This document shows, one piece after another, positions 26,443 through 38,910 of a stretch of DNA of 63,994 nt (within the stretch, counting starts at the first letter, position 1; the number at the start of each line of letters is the position of its first letter). Position numbers and translations under genes: made by a program. The DNA lies in contig NC_068984.1 of the NCBI RefSeq assembly GCF_001194135.2, positions 142,990,823 to 143,054,816 of the forward strand, given 5' to 3'. A model generated the notes under the pieces. It was not told the origin of the DNA. It saw only the letters and a program-made list of their open reading frames with translations, and searched no databases. This DNA is from Octopus bimaculoides (lineage: Eukaryota).

Positions 26443-26445
<3 letters not shown>
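26227..26445 (+). mobile_element. Penelope-type terminal repeat with a minimal hammerhead-like motif
   Basis: TCTTT-CTGTTGA-A-GAGC-GTA-GCTC-GAAA-CGTC-AAAGA at 26316-26352. Segment 26361-26442 recurs inverted at 41253-41335. Confidence 0.6.
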
Positions 26446-26474
<29 letters not shown>

Positions 26475-26494
26475 GAGTATGAGTGCGCGTATTC

Positions 26495-26652
26495 ATAGGT
26501 ACGAGTGTGGCATAAGAAGCTTGTTTCTCAACCACGTGTTTCCGGGTTCAGTCCCACTATGTGATGTTACCTTGGGCAGGTGTTTTCTATATCTTTCCAG
26601 CCGACCAAATCCTTGTAAGTGGATTTACTTGGTAGAGGGAAACTGAAGCCCG

Positions 26653-26688
<36 letters not shown>

Positions 26689-26755
26689 TCTTGAGTCTGT
26701 GTTTGCCATTGTTTCACAACAGCTGTTTCGTGTGTTTACCTTGTGAATTGTTAGT
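26495..26755 (+). mobile_element. SINE family A (diverged) with (GT)n and middle segment
   Basis: GGGTTCAGTCCCACT...CCTTGGGCAGGTG...GGTAGAGGGAAACTGAAGCCCGT. Confidence 0.8.
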
Positions 26756-26764
26756 TACATAAAC

Positions 26765-27090
26765 AGCAGGACGGGGCGCCGCTGCAGAGTACCAGAATCC
26801 GCAACATTTTCATGAGGATAGAGGATCAGATACTGCAACGGCTTACACTTCAAAGGCCGACAGCCGTTCAATATCCTCCCACAAAACCTGACAGACCTGC
26901 ATGGAGTGGTTGTAGGCTTTTTCAAAACGAAACAGGATCTCCTTCTGTGAAGAGTTCTGGATGGACCTACGTCAAAGCCAGAAACACAGATGAGAGCAGC
27001 AACGTCAAAATCCCTCATCCACTGAAAGTGTAGGAAAATAAAGGTCGGTGCCCCAGCATGGCCGAACTCCTTGGACTGAAACTAAGAAGG
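26765..27090 (+). pseudogene. C-terminal ORF2 remnant and 3' UTR of a CR1/L2-type LINE
   Basis: One frame (26765-27025) reads SRTGRRCRVPESATFS*G*RIRYCNGLHFKGRQPFNILPQNLTDLHGVVVGFFKTKQDLLL*RVLDGPTSKPETQMRAATSKSLIH*, fitting the GPxLFNxLPxxLR...FKxxLDxxLxxVPDxP C-terminal pattern. Confidence 0.75.
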
Positions 27091-27141
27091 CATATATGTA
27101 CATACATGTATGTATATGTACGTATACACACACACACTTAT

Positions 27142-27184
<43 letters not shown>

Positions 27185-27689
27185 CATACATATATATATA
27201 TTCTATGTATGTATGTGTACGCATGCACATGATCTTTAAACAAGTGCACAACTGCATGTCGTTAGTTATATATCCTGCGCGCTTCATATATGGTTTCTTA
27301 ATTATATATACATCATATATACATTATGTACACATGTTTAATTATACACACATGCACGTTCATTACCTGAAAACTAACGTTGCTAATCATAAGCGTACAT
27401 ACTCTACATGAACACAAAATCACACACATACGTCTATATCTAGGTGTTTGTGTGCGTATATCTGTCTGTGTGTATGTGTACGTGTGTGCGTGTGTGTGTG
27501 TGTGTGTGTGTTTGTGTGTGCGTGCGTGTGCGCGTGTGCGTGTGCGCGCGTATATTTCCCTTGTTCCGAAGTGTGTTAACATTAACAAAACATTTGCCCT
27601 CTATATGCAACTGTACATATCTATATAGTTGCCTGTGTTGATGCACACACACTCACACACACACACACACACACACACAAACTGTCGTA

Positions 27690-28000
27690 TGTCCATACTT
27701 GGCCAAATGCGTTTTTCTTTTGCAATATTTATTGTCACTTGCAATAGCCGCTTCTTCTGGTCAAACTATCGTATCTCCAGCTGCTTCAGATGCCAAGATA
27801 TTTAAAAATTGTCAAAGTGTGGTACAATGGTTTTGCTATGGAATGGTGAAAATATTTTTTTCGTTTTCTGAAAAAGCAACGTCTCGGACTTAAGAAACAA
27901 CAATGAGTTTCTTTTGCCTCTGCTTGGAAGCTACTATTAGTCTGGACCGTATGACAGAAAACTGAATTAGCTAACAGCATCTACAATATCTCCAGAGTAC
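27690..28000 (-). pseudogene. Highly decayed LINE reverse transcriptase fragment
   Basis: The minus strand gives, in order and with frameshifts, YSGDIV/LLANS (YADDxxLLA-like), FKYLGI and INIAK/NAFGQVW. Confidence 0.5.
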
Positions 28001-31000
28001 TATTTAAAGAATTGCAGAACAAATTTCTTTTCGTGAGGACTTGGAAAAAATCAATTCCAATTTAGATTTTAGTAGGTTAACAGGATGTGTAAAGATTTTG
28101 AATTTTTCTCATAAGCAGAGAGGTATATCCGTAATTGAGCATTAAATCTTGTACTTGAAGATACGTTTGTCTTTAAATTCCAGATGAATATCGACATTTT
28201 TGTTGATGCTCTTTTATCCTCAAGTCTACTCGTTTGCGTATATTGAATATATATGAATTTGAATAAGTTCTTGTTAATACTTACCTATCACTTTGTGTCA
28301 TTGTTGCTGTCATTGGCAGAAAGCTTCGTTCAATAAACAAGACTTTTCTGAAGGCATTTACTACACAGGGCAGGCATGTAAAACTGTTAAGAAGTTTCTC
28401 TCGAGACGACGATTTATGTGACAGAGTAAGAACTAATTTCTTCCAAGTAATTCAAAGTTAAAGAACAGTTTTATATGTATATGTATTTGTAACTTACTTT
28501 GCTGCTATGCCCGTTAAAATTTTGTGTGAATTATGACATCAAGGGAAGTTTTTAGTGACCAAATTTAGGAAGAATCTGGTAATAATAGATTTGACATTGG
28601 AACTGATAGGTAGTAGATAACATAACTATCCATTTCCTGTCATTAGAGAATCTCTGTGGTCTGCTATGAAATTATTGGTTCTTGTCATTGACGCCACTTC
28701 TGCTCAGAGCCTTGTAATAAAATACACCACCACGGTAAAATATGTTCTCGAGAAATTATGGTAATACTTTTACTGGTAGATTTTTCAGAATATTAGGCCA
28801 GAACCTTTGTAATTATACAGTAATTCCATTAGGTTTTCTATAATGTGTGTAAGTACCTAAAGTTAGATTCAGAGTAATGTCTGAAGCTTTGACAAAGATA
28901 ATGTTTGTACTGAATATAATTTCAAAGCCAAAATTGTAACAGCAACAATTACATTTCTTCAGGTCGGTCTAATTGATTGCCATTTATTTTACAGAATAAT
29001 ATGAGAATCATCTCTCTGCGTATGTCTCATCCTATAGAGTTAAATTTACAAGATGTTCTCATGTATTAATATATATATGTATGTATATGAAACTAAAAAT
29101 ATGTACTTATATTTTGTTACATATTATACCTATGTGCATTTTAAATGGCCATATATGAAAATGTTGCTAAGCGCAGGTGTATTTTATTAAATTTGCATGC
29201 TTACATCAGTTAGAATATTCCGTGATGCAGATGTGTGTGTGTGTGTGTGTGTGTGTTTGTAAGCGTGTGTGATTATGAGTTGTCTGTATTTCAATTTCTC
29301 TTTTCCTATCCATTTAACAGGGTACATAATTCAAAATTACTGACATGACGTGATTCTCCTACATTAATTTTTAATAGAAAATGCCAGAGAGAACTTTAAA
29401 TCATACTAGATAAGACACCCCATTGTCAGGTTTGAGCCAGTTTGCTAAGTGCCACACAAGAAACTCTCGACTCTTGTGTCACTTTTGTAATTTTTTCCAA
29501 TTTAAAAATAATGTGCATATTCCCGCGTATTGAGTCCTGTTTCTACTATTTGCTGTGCTAAACCGATAGTTGAATAAGTGTCTTAGTTTCTGTGATTCTA
29601 TTCGAGTACATATGCGATTTCGCATGTAAGTATATCTGTGTATATGAATATATGTATGTACGTATGTACGTATGCACGCATACATGTATGTATATATCTA
29701 TGTATATATTTATTTTTTTATGAATGTATATATATATATATATGTATGTATATTTCTATATAATTGCATACATACATCAATCGGATTGTCGCAGTAATAA
29801 GGGATTTTTCGTTGTCAACTTCTTTTTTCTCAACCTTTATTGCATTCCTCTTACATGAAGTGGTTCCGGCAAAACAACCTGGCATTTTATTGCACACACA
29901 CACACACATATGAACATAGATATCCTCAAACAAAAACACACACGAAAGAAGCACACATATGTGTGCATGCATATACGCATGTTTGTAGCTACATAAACGC
30001 ACAGATATAATGGAACGTATATACATTTAGATATATGAGTGCGTTGGCGAGAATACGGAGGCAATAAATAAGAATTAATTTGAAATGAGAAAACAAAATA
30101 AAAACATAGGAAGCAAAATACAATAAGTAGGACAATGCGTGTGCGTGTGTGTGTATATGATATATATGTATATTTGTATTAATATATATGTGTTTTTGTG
30201 TGATTGCGCGCGCGCATGTGTATGTATGTGTCTATGTGTATATCTATACATATGTGCATGCGTAACATGCATACATACATATATACAAATATATATATAT
30301 GTATATACATAAATGTGTGTGTATCTACATATACGGATATATAAATGCGTATATACAAAAGTGCTTTTTACATTTTTTATGCATATATAAGAGCATATAT
30401 GCATACACACACACACACATATATATATATAACCATATACATATACATATATATATGTATATATATACATATATGCATATATTTATACATATATACATAT
30501 ATATACATATATATAATAAATAAATATATATATATACATGTATATATACGTATATACATATATACATATATATACATATATATATAATAAATATATATAT
30601 GTGTGTATATATATAAATATATATCAATTTCCTCACCAAATACATATATACCTACGTACATGTCTACATAAGCATATACGAGCGTGATTGTTCGTGACTG
30701 TGTGTTTATATTTGTGAGTGCGTATTTTTGCAGGTGCGTGTGTTTCGTGTGTGTGTACGTGTGTGTGTCTGTGTGTGTGTCTGTGTGTGTGTGCGTGTGT
30801 GCGTGCATACACTCACACATTCATTGGAGGTCGTAAAAAATTTAATTCTTTAGCTGAACTGTTTGTTTTTTTTTTCATTAAATAATACCAGAATCCCACG
30901 CTTGACAACTTTATTCCTTCTTCAAGACAACTCGTCTCTCCATTTGGTGCCAAAAGACTTCTATCGCATGTACTTAACTTTCTTCCACACTTTTATTTCA

Positions 31001-31234
31001 TTCTCCTCCCCTCCTCTCTCCCTCTCACTTTAACTCCCTCTCCTTCTCTCCTCCTCCTCTCTATCTCTCTGTCTTTCTCTCTCTCTGTCTTTCTCTGTCT
31101 CAATCGTTCTTATGTCTCCTGGCTTATTTTGTCTCTCTTTGATGAGTATGTTTTTTCATTGGTTTGTGAAGTTTTTTTGCTAATGTAACAGTGCTTTCGT
31201 CATCATCATTTAATCTTTTCTGTGTTTTTGTCTG

Positions 31235-31305
<71 letters not shown>

Positions 31306-31350
31306 TGTGTGTGTGTGTGTGTGTATGAGAGTATGTGTGAGTGTGTGTGT

Positions 31351-31389
<39 letters not shown>

Positions 31390-31394
31390 CATAT

Positions 31395-31783
31395 AGGCGC
31401 GGGCGTAGCTGTGTGGTAAAATAGCTTGCTTACCAACCACATGGTTCTGTGCTCAGTCCCACTGCGTGACACCTTGGGTGAGTGTCTTCTACTATAGCCT
31501 CGGGTCGACCAAATCTTTCTGAGTGGATTTCATAGACGGAAACTGAAAGAAGCCCGTCGTATATATATGCGTGTGTGAGTGTATGTTTGTGTGTCTGTGT
31601 TTGTTCCCCACCATCGCTTCACAACCGATGTTGTCGTGTTCATGTCTCCGTAACCCAGTGGATCGATAGATTAAGTATCAGGCTAAAAAAGAATAAGTTC
31701 TGGGGTCGATTTGTTCTACTAAAGGCAGCGCTCCACTATGGCCGCATTCAAATGACTGAAACAAATAAAAAAATAAAAGAATA
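31395..31783 (+). mobile_element. SINE family A, full long form
   Basis: Head, body, internal (AT)(GT) tract and 3' tail ...GGCCGCATTCAAATGACTGAAACAAATAAAA are all present. Confidence 0.9.
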
Positions 31784-31787
31784 TATA

Positions 31788-31841
<54 letters not shown>

Positions 31842-31866
31842 CTTGATAAGCAATCATATACAATTA

Positions 31867-32716
31867 TTGATAGTTAAAACATCATGTGGTATACACCTGG
31901 TTTTATCCGGTAAAGCACGTTCACTGGTTTAGTAATCGTTGGTTATTTGATTAATGAGTGAGACTGAAGATGGAAGACGCGAGAATCTTTATTGTTCGCT
32001 ACAATTGTTTCGACCCATCCAGCATCGATCTCTCACGAGTGGGATACTGCATATCTGGTTCAGGTGTATCCGTCGATGTAGATGTGTCTCTTCAGGTGAT
32101 TTCAAGAGGTATCTCGTGAAACGGTTAGAAAATGTCAGGGGAAAAAATTCAACTGTTCATGACCATTGTTCCAGCCTGCCTCTGAAACCTTGTAGGAGGA
32201 ACTTATCTTTAGATTACTATCCTGGTCTATCAAAGGAAAGCAATAAACTCTTATGATGTGATTTTAGACCGGACGACCGTCTAAGTCTGTCATTTACATT
32301 CCATCGCCTATGTTTCCAGATTTACCATCGGCCTATTTCTATTCATAAGATTTTAACCGACATTAGACTATAGTGTAGGTCAGTTGGCTGAGCTATGAGC
32401 AGGGTAACCGAAACCGAAATCTCGTAGTTACAAAGTAAAGCTTGTTTTGTAATCATAAAACTATGACTTTTCCCGAAATTGTAGATCGAACAGTTCTGAA
32501 GTTTTTGATTCATGAAAAGATTAAAATTCAGCGTTAAATAATTTCAACTTGAGCCATAACTAACGATTCTAAATCAAGATTCTAATGGTTATGGATTGTG
32601 GAATCTCTCTATAGACGAAGTTTCCGATTGATATCCAGGAAATCTGTCAATACATGACTGGTTACTGTCGGTAAACCAGTCTGGTCACGTTTAAAAGAAA
32701 TCATGTACAGACTTCC
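31867..32716 (-). mobile_element. 850-bp inserted segment (Penelope-like or retrozyme-like) bounded by a 26-bp direct repeat
   Basis: GCTTGATAAGCAATCATATACAATTA is identical at 31841-31866 and 32717-32742. The segment contains a hammerhead motif and AATAAA on the minus strand. Confidence 0.65.
31996..32099 (-). ncRNA. Candidate type I hammerhead ribozyme with extended helix II
   Basis: Minus strand: UCAC-CUGAAGA-[GAC...77 nt...GUC]-GAAA-C-AAUU-G-UA-GCGA. All conserved core nucleotides are present, with G10.1-C11.1 and a GUA triplet. Helix I pairs 3 of 4. Confidence 0.65.
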
Positions 32717-33695
32717 GCTTGATAAGCAATCATATACAATTACGTGTGACAGTCATGCATAAATTTACATAATTGCATATTTTAGAAAGGAAAGCATAAT
32801 TTATGAAACAATAAATCAACTTATTAAAAGAATTCAAATAACATAAACCACAAAGCGATGTTCTCTGTGAATTGAGATCCGTACAAGATGGCAATTCATT
32901 GAAATGTTTTTCCATTCTTTGACTGAATGTAGCAACGAGTGGAGAATATATTGCAATCACTGAAGAACCGCCTGGCATATAATAGCTATGAGTATCTGTG
33001 TGTGAGTATCTGTGTATGTATGCATGTGTATTTATGTATATATGTTGCTCAGTTTTTTTTTTGTATATGTGCTAATGTGTCTGTGACATTGCGTAGGCCC
33101 TACACTAATATGCATAATGGAATTTGTGTATGAGCTTATGATGGTGTATGTACGCATGAGAAGTTTTCATAAACTCACGTACACATTAAGTCAGTGAGAC
33201 GCATACATTCAAATTTGCTCTTTTTTTTCCTTTTTATCAAGATGGAAATGCCATATATTAATACAGAAAATTACTTTTTCGAGCACATATTCAGTGAGAC
33301 AAACACATTCGATGATGAGTAAAGATAGGGTAAAAATTTACATTGACTCATAACCATAAACATACACACAAACACACACACACATACACACAAGCACACT
33401 AAGAATAAGGAAGAAAGCACATACAACAATACAACACACGCACACACTTCACCTCATACATACAAGCATACAAAAAACACATCATTACACACGCATACAC
33501 ACGCAGAAACATTAGCACACCATTGATAACTCTCTGTTTATCCAGGCAAACATTGACCCATTTCACACACATATATTCATGCTTATGCATACGCTTGGTA
33601 ACGGTTTCAATTCTACAGTGCTGCAGCTTGACATACACTGGTCCGCAATGTCTGACCATATATGTATGTCTTTATGCGTATGATTATACGCATCT

Positions 33696-33737
<42 letters not shown>

Positions 33738-33989
33738 CGAGATGNNNNNNNNNNNNNNNNNNNNNNNNNNNNNNNNNNNNNNNNNNNNNNNNNNNNNNNN
33801 NNNNNNNNNNNNNNNNNNNNNNNNNNNNNNNNNNNNNNNNNNNNNNNNNNNNNNNNNNNNNNNNNNNNNNNNNNNNNNNNNNNNNNNNNNNNNNNNNNNN
33901 NNNNNNNNNNNNNNNNNNNNNNNNNNNNNNNNNNNNNNNNNNNNNNNNNNNNNNNNNNNNNNNNNNNNNNNNNNNCACACACATATATA

Positions 33990-34788
33990 TACACAAGGTG
34001 CGTTCAAATGTCCACACCGTAAGCCGCGTCATTTCCCCGCTGTTACACATACAGCACAGACATGTAGTGCGCGCTCGTTGAATTTTCGTTTCCACGCAAA
34101 ATGACCGAAGCAGAGACCGTAAATCAAAGGTCTCATTACCAGTGATGATGGGTCTTCATGAAGTCTGGGCCTTGGTTTCCACAGTCCAGAAAGAACTTAG
34201 CCACTTCCATTCGGAGTTTCTTCTGCCGCTCCAGTAGCAACTTGAAGACGAATTTTGGAGACACGCTCCGCATGCAACAGATAATCCGATAAAATACAAT
34301 GCACTGATCCTGTGCTGATGCCCGCTTCGTGAGCAGTTTCTTAAAACAATCCATCACGGTTTTCCATGACTATTTGCGAAGTTTTTCAATCGGCTCTTTG
34401 TTTCCGTTTGTGGTCAGTCTGCACGAACTTGCTACTCTCTCCACTAAGGTGTGTCCATGTTTGAAGCGGTTCTACCGCTCCTTGTTCTGAGTTTTGTCAT
34501 GACACCATCGCCAAAACAATGCTAATCTTCTAGATGGTTTAAGCTTGAGTACCTCCGAGCTTTTGACAAAACTTGATGCAACACCTCTACTCCATGCATT
34601 CAGTGAAAACGAGAATCCAACGTGTCTATACTCTAGAAATATCAGATGGGAACTAATGCCGCCTACCGGCGCAAAAGTGTCTAACCATACGCCGGAAGAG
34701 TGGCATCATCTCCAATCGAAAGGATTTTTCCCATGCTGCATTGGTTTGGCGGGAAAAAAATAAAGTTGCATATTTGGGGGATGCACCT

Positions 34789-34794
<6 letters not shown>
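33990..34794 (-). mobile_element. Decayed, internally deleted mariner (DD34D-type) transposon
   Basis: Minus strand 34620-34131 reads, with frameshifts, CIKFCQKLGGTQA...AGISTGSVHCIL...KFVFKLL...PDFMKT/IITGNET, i.e. the HTH region through the first catalytic D (TGDET). Degenerate TA-flanked ends: ACAAGGTGCGTTCAAA and GATGCACCTCGCATA. Confidence 0.85.
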
Positions 34795-34827
<33 letters not shown>

Positions 34828-35939
34828 ATGGAACAAAAACGCAATAGAAAGCATTAAAACGCTCGGATAGTTAGATGATACAAAGGCAGACAGGAAAAAC
34901 AACAATTAGAAGGACAGGCAAAAGAGACTATATGTATATATATTCTTCTTTAAAGGATATAGATACCTCTAGAAGGGACGTCAGCTTCCAGGTTTCTTGG
35001 TTTTATCCAGTGTATCAGTGAAATACTAAAAAATGTTAGCTTCACCTTGACGGATGTGGGAATATTACCATTTATGTATAAGAAAAAGAAAAAGAAATGG
35101 AGAGATTGACATATACACATCAATTTATTGAAACAAATGCAATTTTAAACAATATCAAACTCATGAAACCTAAAATTGTTTCCATGTCCAATCAGTTGAT
35201 TCAAATTAGAAGAATTAAATTAAAGATTCATATTGAATTATAGTTAATCGAACATTTCGTCAGGGTCCGAACTTGATAGAAAAAGGAACTACATCCCAAG
35301 GTGTCGATATGCCATTGGTAGACTCACCATTAAGTTCAGACATGTGCGCTTGTGCTTTCTAATATATTTAGGAAAACATAAACCGTTACTTGTGTATTTG
35401 CAACATTCTTTTAATTTATTTGTGCGAGTGCATGTGTTAATGTGTCGAAAAACAAAAGACCGTTAGGTTGTCTAAGCGATATTTTGGTACATTTAATTGT
35501 AATTAAAAACATTTATTCCCAATTTTCATTATTACTTGTGAAAGTACGAAACGTCAACAAAGTATTTTAATCACTTAAGAATTATATTGTAAGTCACCTA
35601 GTTATAACCTCTAGTATTAATAATTAAATACTAATTTTTTGTTTTTACAATTTAAAACATAAATCATAGTTACTTTAAGTACCACACGAACATGGTAGTT
35701 GTATATTACGTCAGCAAAATGTTTTTTATATTTTATTTTTTATTATTATATTCACTAAAAATGATTTTCTAAGCTTCTTGGTTATAATTGTTAATATTAA
35801 AAATCAAGTACTAATTTATTTAATATAATTTAAATCATAAATATATCTGATGTTTACTGTGTACTACGTGAAGATGACGAATTCAAAAGGTATATTATTT
35901 ACCATAGCTGTATACTACGTCATCAAAATTTGTGCACAA

Positions 35940-36099
35940 TACGACGGTCTTCCAGTTTCCGCCTACCAACTTACTTACAAAGCTTTGGTCGTCCCGAGGC
36001 TATAATAGAGGACACGTGACCAAGGTGCCACGCAGCGGGACTGAACCCGGAGCCATGTGGTATGAAAGGAAGCATCTTACTACACACAGCCTCGCCTAT
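35940..36099 (-). mobile_element. SINE family A
   Basis: CCAAGGTGCCACGCAGCGGGACTGAACCCGGAGCCATGTGG is the reverse complement of the family A head and body. Confidence 0.88.
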
Positions 36100-36128
36100 A
36101 TGTGTATGTGTGTGTGTTTATATATATC

Positions 36129-36227
<99 letters not shown>

Positions 36228-36900
36228 CTGAGGTGTCTCCAGATCACTAGCGTCAGTCGGGCTCATCACAGATTTCACATAAGGCACATGCCTGCTCATA
36301 GAATATCACATTTTCCTGCTTTGTTTCTTGCCCCAAAGAGCTTATTGTTTTTATATCTACCGCTATGTCTTTCTCGATTTCTTAGTTAAGGCTTAAAATA
36401 AAACAACCCTGCAAAACACAACTGATCTTTGCACACAGACGCACAGAATAACAGAAATCGAATAGCGACAGCGGAATGCACAGCAAACATCACCGATCTA
36501 ACTGTTACCTGTACTCTTGACAGGAGTGCCAGTTAGTTTTTTTACACCTACTTGGCTCGTTCGTATTAGCACGAGCTGCTGGATAAATTTTCGTTCCTTT
36601 AAGAATATTGCAGAACGGAAACTTCTCATAGATTGGAATTTAAATACTTATTGCTAAAGAAATTTATTGTTTCAAGAAAACATTGAATTTGAATTACTTT
36701 TAATATTTACGATTATAGATAACAACTCGGGGTGTAACTTCTGAGCCCGAATCAGGCGCGTGTGGACGATGTCGAGAAAACGTCTGCTACGAATAATATT
36801 TTTTGACACAGGGCACTTCTAAGACACCGTCAGACGCTGAATGAAAATAAATGAGGCTATAATAGAAAACACTATTATTATTATTATTATTATTATTATG

Positions 36901-36954
<54 letters not shown>

Positions 36955-37159
36955 TAGTTTTATTTTTATAACATGCTTTCACTTCGCTACCGAGCGCAGC
37001 TCTGTGTGCCTTGGGTATGTGCTGTGGTTTGCTGTGATGCTCTTATGGTTACTGTTATAATAATAATAATAATAATGATAATAATAATAATTATTATTAT
37101 TATTATTATCATTATTATTATTATTATCATTAAATATTGGCTCAAGTGAGTGGAGAGAG

Positions 37160-37315
37160 GGAATCGTCAATTACAGCGATCATACCTTATCGAAAGAATG
37201 AAAGGCAAAACCGTCCCCGGTGGGATTTGAACTCGGTACATTAAGAGCCGGAACAAATAGTGATAAGGCTTTCTTCTCCGTCCAGTCTCCTTCTGCCAAT
37301 CCACAGACCATTGCA
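37160..37315 (-). mobile_element. SINE family B, decayed
   Basis: GAATGAAAGGCAAAACCGTCCCCGGTGGGATTTGAACTCGG. Confidence 0.7.
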
Positions 37316-37603
37316 TAATAATAATAATAATGATGATTATGATGATGATGATAATTAGGAAGGTGGCGATAATAATGACGGGGAAGTTGGTAAATGTTTG
37401 TTGATGTGCAGCTTGCTTTGGACGTAAACATGTTGATTCAAACATTTGTTGGATGTAGGTGTGATTATGGTGGNNNNNNNNNNNNNNNNNNNNNNNNNNN
37501 NNNNNNNNNNNNNNNNNNNNNNNNNNNNNNNNNNNNNNNNNNNNNNNNNNNNNNNNNNNNNNNNNNNNNNNNNNNNNNNNNNNNNNNNNNNNNNNNNNNN
37601 NNN

Positions 37604-38640
37604 GTAGTAGTAGTAGTAGTAGTAGTAGATGTGTAGTTGTTGTTGGTGGTGGTGGTGATAGTGGTGGAGGTGGCGGCGGTGGTGGTGATGGGGTGGGGGT
37701 GGCGGCGGCGATGCTTGTTTTGATGATATGAGGTTTGCATGGAATTGGATGGTTGCTGGTGGTGGATGAATGTAATGATGTTAGCAGAGGCGGCGGCGGC
37801 GGTACAAGGACTGAGGTGACCTTAGACATCGTTGCTCTCATGGTTGCATTGATTGATGTTTATAACAGTAGTATCCGTGGTGGTGGTGGTGGTGGTGGTG
37901 AAACTAGTATTGGTGGAAGTAGTGGTGGTGGTGGTGGTGGTAGTGGCGTTTGTGGCAGTGTTGGTGGTAGTGCTAACTGTAGTGATATTAATTATTGTTG
38001 CTATCATTGTTGTGGTAGTGGCGGTAGTAGCAGTATGACGGTAGTAGGAGTAGTGGTGGAAGTAATGGTAGTGGTGGTAGTGAGGGTGGTAGTAGTGGTT
38101 GCCGTAATGATGGTGATTGTGTCGATGTTGATACCGGCGGTAGCGGTAGTGTTGATTCCGTGTGGTTGTGGTGATGGTGGTGACGCTTGTTGAAATCCGT
38201 AGTTGCGGCAGCGATGGCAGCGATTATTCCTGTGAAGATATTCATGGTGAAAGTGATAATGTGGGTGGCAATGGGGTGGTAGAAGGTGGAGTTGAGTGGA
38301 GCAATTATGTTGGTGGTGCTGATGATAAAAGGTGATGTTTAGGGTGATGATGGTTGGGGTAGGAACGATGGAGGTGTGATGGTGGCGGTATTTAAGGTGA
38401 TGATGGAGACGGTTATGGTGGGGGCATTTAAGGTGATGATGGTTAGGGTAGGAACGATGCAGATGGTGATGGTGGCGCTATTTGAGGTGATGATGGAGGT
38501 AGTGATGGTGGCGGCATTTAAGGTGATGATGGTTAGGGTAGGGGTGATGGAGTTGGTGATGGTGGGGGGTAAATCCAGTGTAGTACTAAAGAGTGGGTGG
38601 AGCAGTAGTTTGTGACGCGGTAGCAATTTTGGTAATAGTT
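37604..38640. repeat. Degenerate (GGT/GTA/GAT)n low-complexity region including a 90-bp tandem repeat
   Basis: 38381-38470 is repeated at 38471-38560. Each unit is built from 30-bp subunits. Confidence 0.8.
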
Positions 38641-38873
38641 GTTGTGTAACTTCCTTTGGAGATGTCGAGTTAATGGGTTTGGTTTGCAAACTATGGAAAT
38701 AAATAAATAAATAACTAGGTGTACGCTCATACAAACACACGCAAAGAGACTAACATACGCAGGCAAGACACATACAGATACAAACACACACACACATTTA
38801 TTTATATATGTGTGTAACTGTCTGTATATACATAGATGTTTACTTACATACATAAATGTGTGTGTGTATAGAA

Positions 38874-38910
<37 letters not shown>

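Noticed and set aside
36720-36950. Unique segment ending in AATAAA-like signal and (TTA)n, possibly another retroelement 3' end
   Set aside because: There is a single copy in the window and no coding remnant, so it cannot be supported without a search.
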